A DNA stretch of 43,714 nt, counting the filler, from Jimgerdemannia flammicorona (lineage: Eukaryota): NCBI GenBank assembly GCA_003990765.1. It is 2 parts of 2 records of this genome, joined end to end, with 100 filler letters (N's around TTAATTAATTAA, not from the genome) between each part and the next. Parts side by side here need not be neighbours in the genome. Positions count along the whole stretch, not along the records: positions 21,909 to 43,714 come from RBNJ01001389.1; 1 more part is not named here. One strand, written 5' to 3'. Position 1 is the stretch's first letter; every line of letters starts with the position of its first letter. Positions 37,819-43,714 of this stretch are shown in pieces. A program made the position numbers and the translations under genes. Under the pieces are notes generated by a model. That model did not search any database, was not told the DNA's origin, and was given only the letters and a program-made list of their open reading frames with translations.

Positions 37819-40800
37819 TTTTTTTTATTTTATTTTATTTTATTTTATTTTATTTTTTTTATAGTCTCTTGGACTCCTTTATTATGAACTATCTAATACA
37901 ATAACAAAGAACCACAAACCACTACTAATATCATAAAATATACAGAAGTAGAATCCTTCAGCCAACTCCTTCCTTCCATCTTACCCCACTATCATCTAAC
38001 ACCAGATACTCTCGACTCTGCTGTACAATATCCTGCAGCTTCTTTAAGGCCTCTGGCTGAAGTTGTCTCTCCTGATACCACCACCCCTGAACCACCTCCT
38101 GGATAAGCCACCTCCACTGCTCCACCATCTCTCCAATCCCCATCTATGGATCCTGTTCAAAAATCCACTGCCAATGTACTGCCATCAAGACCCAGACCCC
38201 CAAAACTTGACCTAGGCCCCCCCATATATCACCAATTTCTCCTACCAGCCAGTGCTTGACCACCAGACTGGCTGGATCCTCTGCCCTTCATCTCTCTGGG
38301 CCCCAGTAACCTTCCAAACTCTGCCAAAACCCTTCCATGCCTGGGCAGGCCCCCAGAACATATTCTGGTGTCTGAACAACCTCTCTATCCACCTCATTAC
38401 ACCACTCACAGTCTCGACAGCCATCTATCTCCATCCAGCCTATCTGATAGTTCAGCATCACATTACATCTCAAGAATTGCCACCAAACCACCCAGTATTT
38501 GGGGGGTACCATCTTGCATACCAAGGCTCTCCAATTCCAAATTTGAACCTACTCCCAGTCCTCACCAATACTAGCTCTCTGCCAACCAGGTGGCCATCTC
38601 TCCAGAGGGCCAGACCTGATCCACTCCATTGCCTCAATCAGAGAGTACTCCTTCAGACTGTGGCCACCAATGCACAGGTCTCCCAGTTGCCACCATCTCT
38701 GCTCAGGGTTCTCACCCACCTCTATCTCTAGGCCTGCCAACCCTATGGTCAGCCAGGCCTCTACAATACTCCACCAGAACCCCTTAAACCACAGCCTACC
38801 TACACTTCCAACCTGAAGCAAGCCCTGCATATCCTTCTAGACCTCATCATAAGAGTAGAACTGGACCTCCCAATTGTCCATAGCTAGCCTGCCCCAACCT
38901 TCCTCACTAAGTTCTATCATTCAGTGCCCCCACCAACCCTGAAGTATCTTCAGCCAGCACCTGAAATCCACTAGCCCCAGGCCTCTATCAGAAGTCCTCA
39001 TCATCAAAGTCTCCCATCCAATCTGCGAATATCTCCCACATCATATCCACCCTTTTACAATCTTCTTCAGCTACTGCACCACCCACCCTAGAAAATCCAG
39101 ATGATAACCCAGATATCACAGTTTGGCCAGCCAATACACATTCAAGACCACTATCCTGCCAACCAAGGAGAAGCTCCTCTCTGACCAACCTATCAATGCA
39201 CCTTCCAGCTTCTGAATTAATCCACACCATTACTCCCTTGGCAGGACTGTCTCATACACTGAAAACCAGATGCCCAGATACTGAACAGCACTCCCTGTGG
39301 CTACCAATTGTCTGAATTGTCTATGTCTCCCCAGGCTGGTACTAAGTTCTATTGTCTCACACTTGTCCCAATTCAACTTTGTCCCTATCAGCCTCTCATA
39401 CTATCCAACCCCTTCTTGTAGGACCACTACATCCTCCTGACTACCCAACCCTACCACCATGTTATCCACAAAGGTGCCCAACTGCCAGACCACATCTCCT
39501 ATCTGCAGTCCAGAGAGCTGCTCCTTCAGCCATACCAGCAAAGGCTCTAGAGAAAGTACATAAAGAAGAAGGGAGAGAGGATCCCCCTGTGGTACCTAGT
39601 GCTCCCAACAAATTGAATCAAATCGAATCAAAGGTCCAATTCAATTTGAAGTTTGATTTGAACCTTAATTTTAAAAATATAATAACTCGACGAAAACTCA
39701 TCCAAATTTAACATATTTTAGCTTATTAGATTCACCATATTAATGTGATTCTAACAAGCTAAAGTATGTTAGATTTGGATGAGTTTATGCTGAGTTATTG
39801 CATTTTGAAAATTAGGGTTCAAATTAGACCCTCAATTCGATTCAACTTTTGATTTGATTCAAATTGATTTGAATTGAAAAATCCCCAATTCGATTCGACT
39901 CATTTAACCCTCAATTCGATTTGATTCGAATTGATTCGACTCATTTGGGAGTACTAGTAGTACCCCTTACCCCAAGGCAAACTCTGGTCTACACTATTCA
40001 TTCATCATTACTGCTGCTCAGTATCTCCATACCAAGCCCATCAGTTGCCCTGCCTCTACTACACCAAACCCTGCCCTCCTCAGAACAGCCTCCAGGTAGC
40101 TCCACTGCACTCTGTCATAGGTCTTCTCTTGATCCAGAAAGACTATCTGGCCATCTATCTGCTGGCTCCTACAGCTCTTTAAGACATTCTGCACCCAAGC
40201 AGTACTATCTCTGATCTGTCTCCCCTTGACAAAGCCTCACTGCTCTTCTCCAACTAGCGCACCAACATACTGCTGCATCCTCCCTGCTAGAATCTTTGAC
40301 ACTAACTTTCTATCCACATTTAGCAGCATGATAGGTCACCAATTACACCACACTTGTCAATTCCCCTTTTCCTTGTATAGAAGAGAAACTAGCCCCAAGG
40401 AACTATTGCCAATCCAGCTACTCTTCTTCAGAATAGCATTGGCCATCTCTACCAACCAGTTACCAAACTCAGTCTTGAACTCCTTCCAGAATTCCCAGGG
40501 CAACCTATCCTCCCCAGAAGATAAATCAGTCTGTGTCTTCCTCAGTACTTCCAATATCTCATCTAGAGATACCTCCCCCATGACTGCCTCCCCTATCTCA
40601 GGTATCGCTGTTACTGGCCAATTAGTCACTATATTGTCATTATCCTCTCCAAGCCCAGTATCCTCAGCATGCTCTCTGCCATCCTGCCAAAGAGCTTGCC
40701 ATTGACCAGATATCTCCCCTAACATGTTAGCAATTCCAGAGACCTTCACTCCATCTTTACACAATACTGAGGCCCAACTATGTCATACTCTCCTGGCCTT

Positions 40801-43714
40801 CAAAACACCAGACAGATATCTCGTCAGTCTCTCTCCTTCTTCCAATCACCTAGCTCACAGCCTGGCCAGCAGGCCATCCACCACCCTGGTCTCAGACACC
40901 CTTAAATCTACCTGCAGCTCTGCCATCTCTAATGCCAACTGGTAGCACACCTCTCTAGACAAGTTCTCCTTTTTCAAAAGCTTCAATTGCCATCTCAGCC
41001 CCTTTTCTACTCTCCTTTCCTTGTCCTTCTATTCCTTCCCAGCCACTTCTCCAATATCACACCAGTAAGCACCAGCCAAATGTTTAAATTTACCTCACCA
41101 TTTTGCTATCAACTGCCCTTCATTCTGCCATTGCAAAACTTCCTGTCTCATAACTGCCACAAAATTGTCCCTCTCCTTCTTTCTCTTGAGTAAGGCTAAA
41201 TTGAGATGCCAGCGCCCTCTACCACTGCTTGCTGCTTGGAATCTACCACAAACCTCCACTCTACAGTAATCAGACCAAGAGCACCAGTGTACCTCGGCAG
41301 TGTCCAGTACATTACCCCAGCACTCTGCCACTAGCACCCAATCTATTCATATTCCAACCAATGCTGTTCCAACTGGATGTCACCTGGTGAAAGGTCCCAA
41401 CTCATCCCCCTGTCATTGTCGAACACCATCCACCAAACCCATGTCACACTCCACCTGAAGCTATTGAGAAAGTCCAGAGGATACTGCAACTTCTACTCCA
41501 CCATCAGATCTATCCAGTGTATGATCATATACCATATTGAAGTCCCCCCCCAGAATGTCCAAAGCAACTACCCCCTGACCATTCCATGCCTGCCATCTCT
41601 CAACCCATTGCTTTCACTCTCTGCTAACTGCAGGGAGGTAAACTGAGCCAACCATCAAACCATCACCTGCCCCACCTTTTAGTCTTCCCCAAATCAGTCT
41701 GTCACCATAGATCTCTACCTCCACCAGCTTGCCTTTGCCTATACCAATCAAGATACCCACCTGCTTATTCCAACCTGCTCCACCATACCATTCTTTAATC
41801 CACATCTCATAGTCCAACTTGTCATAAGCCCGAACAACTTAAAGAAATATAACATCATATCTCCTGACTTTAAGCTATCTGAAAAGCTGCTATCTTTTAA
41901 CTCCATCTCACAATCCATTGACATTGATTGACAAAATACATAGATTGTTCATCATCATTAAGGAAATTGTTTAAAGCTCAGCTGGGACCACCACTACTTT
42001 CTAAGCCCTTCCTCTAATGATCTCTCACTAGTTCTCGCAAATTGCCCTCCAGATTCAATCACCATTTGCACTGCTGCAGAAAAGATCCACTCTCTCTGTT
42101 GCCATCTTCCTGATGTCAGCCATCCTGCTCTTATTAACATCATATCCTTCATCATCCAGAAGGGCAGCTACCATCACCATCACCAGCTTAGACCCCTGCA
42201 TTGCTATATTGAGGAATTCTTCCCATGTCTCCTGAGATCCATAAAACACATCCACTTCCTTGATGTCTTCCTCTGCCAGCTCCTTAAGTACTGCCTGATA
42301 CCAGCTCTCTGCCATCATCACCAGGGGCCCAGGAGTCAATAGCCTGGGGGTTCTGCTTAGCTCTTGCAGTTGCTCTCTGTCTGCTGACACATCAGAAGCC
42401 ACATCCACCAGCTCATCCTCCTCTGCAACTTTCTCCAAATGAATAACCTCAGCAGCTTCTGGAGACTCCCAATAGACATTTGCTACCCCAGCCATATGGG
42501 TATCCTCTACCTGAGTCTCCAGCACCACTTCATTATCAACCTCAAAGCCTCCTTCACCAACCTCCTCCTTATCCACCTACTTTCCTCTCACTGGTACATA
42601 TGCCAAGTTCTCTACACCACCCAGCTGGGAGAAGGATACCTCTGCCATCTCCACTCCTTCCATCTGATTCTTGGCTGCCTCTACTCTTGCCTCCTCTTTC
42701 ATGGCTGCCCCTTGAAGAGCTGCCTGCAGATGCTCTCAGTTCCCTTTCCTCCACCTCTTCTGCTTGCCATCCACCTCGATCTAGACCCAATCCTTGGTAT
42801 ACTCCTCCCACTTCCTCTTTCATAGCTCCTTGGCAGCCTCTCTCTCTTCTAGAACAATTGCCAACTCTTTCTCTTCTGTTCTGCTTCCTTCCTCCTCCAC
42901 ACCTTACACTCTTGCCCCATAATTCTAATCCCCTCAGACCAATTGTGGCCCAGCCCAGTAGTCTCCTTGCCTTCCAGTTGCAACATCACCTTGCAGTTAT
43001 TATTCCTCAATTTAGTGCTCTTCCAGAACATGAACCCGAAGTCCACTATCTCACCATATCCACCCAGTGCCTCTACCACTATCTCCTTAGTCTCCTGTCT
43101 GCCCAGAGTTGGCAATCCTTCCACCACCAGTCGAACAGTACATAGATCCCACCCCAGACACCTTGCTATCCCAATCTGGATACCCTTGACCATCATCCCT
43201 TTCTCCAGCACCTTCACCATTGTATCTTCCTCCACAAATCTAATCTCTACAGCCTCTGCTGAAGGGATGAACTTCAGAGATTCTGCCCCCAGCCACTTCT
43301 CTCCCACCAGCCTCAAAACCTCTCTCACCAATATTGCCAATCCCAGAAAGTTCGCTGAGACTGCCCACATCAATACCGATTTGTGGAAGAAAGGCCTCAC
43401 CACCAACTCGCCTGTCCTTGCCACGAGAGTCACCTTTTCCTTGGCCCCTGAAATACCTGTAGTTGTCCCACCAGGTATAGCTACACCACTAGCAGTCCTC
43501 TCCCCAGTCACCTGCCTAGCCACAAAAGAACCAGTCTCTAGCATCACACCACCAGACCCCTGTCCCCTGCCAGCCACCTGACCCATCACCTGACTCGTCA
43601 CCTGACCCCCCCCCCCTGTCAACACTACATCCCCCCTGTCCAACCCCCATGGGCCTAGCTGCAGCCCTCCTATTCCCAACCACTGTACACCAGGCCTTAA
43701 TCCCACTAATCCTC
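37819..43714 (-). mobile_element. L1/Tx1-like LINE copy D (more diverged; 5' end runs off the window)
   Basis: (TTTTA)n/poly-T tail at 37819-37860, shared 3' motif, PPKYWVVWW, GEDRLPWEFWK, WHLN, GGDFNMV and ORF1 ARCLGWD...VEGLP segments. Confidence 0.92.
39597..39956. mobile_element. hAT-type MITE (360 bp, largely palindromic)
   Basis: TIRs TAGTGCTCCCAA / TTGGGAGTACTA (11 of 12 match); 8-bp TSD GTGGTACC (39589-39596) / GTAGTACC (39957-39964); long internal inverted repeat centred near 39740; ATTCG-type subterminal repeats. Confidence 0.92.

Overview
Eukaryotic, most likely fungal, DNA: spliceosomal GT-AG introns, and a gene and TE repertoire that suggests an early-diverging Mucoromycota-like lineage (inference). 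About 75% is a nested graveyard of CpG-depleted transposable elements: four copies of one L1/Tx1-like LINE family, a degenerate Ty3/Gypsy, a degenerate Ty1/Copia, a hAT transposase remnant, a palindromic hAT-type MITE and LTR-like pieces. An artificial N44-TTAATTAATTAA-N44 linker at 21809-21908 means the two halves may not be contiguous. The CpG-retaining islands hold an alkaline-phosphatase-superfamily pseudogene, a type-B carboxylesterase pseudogene, and an apparently intact 9-exon gene (~500 aa) with a Crinkler-associated, restriction-endonuclease-like (PD-(D/E)xK) C-terminus. The most striking signal is a pair of closely related, canonical type III hammerhead ribozymes on opposite strands (32105-32160 +, 35810-35867 -). 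The first sits antisense and upstream of the intact REase-like gene; the second is similarly placed relative to a weaker REase-like remnant. Together they bracket the esterase pseudogene. All family assignments are by motif recognition by eye; no database search was run.
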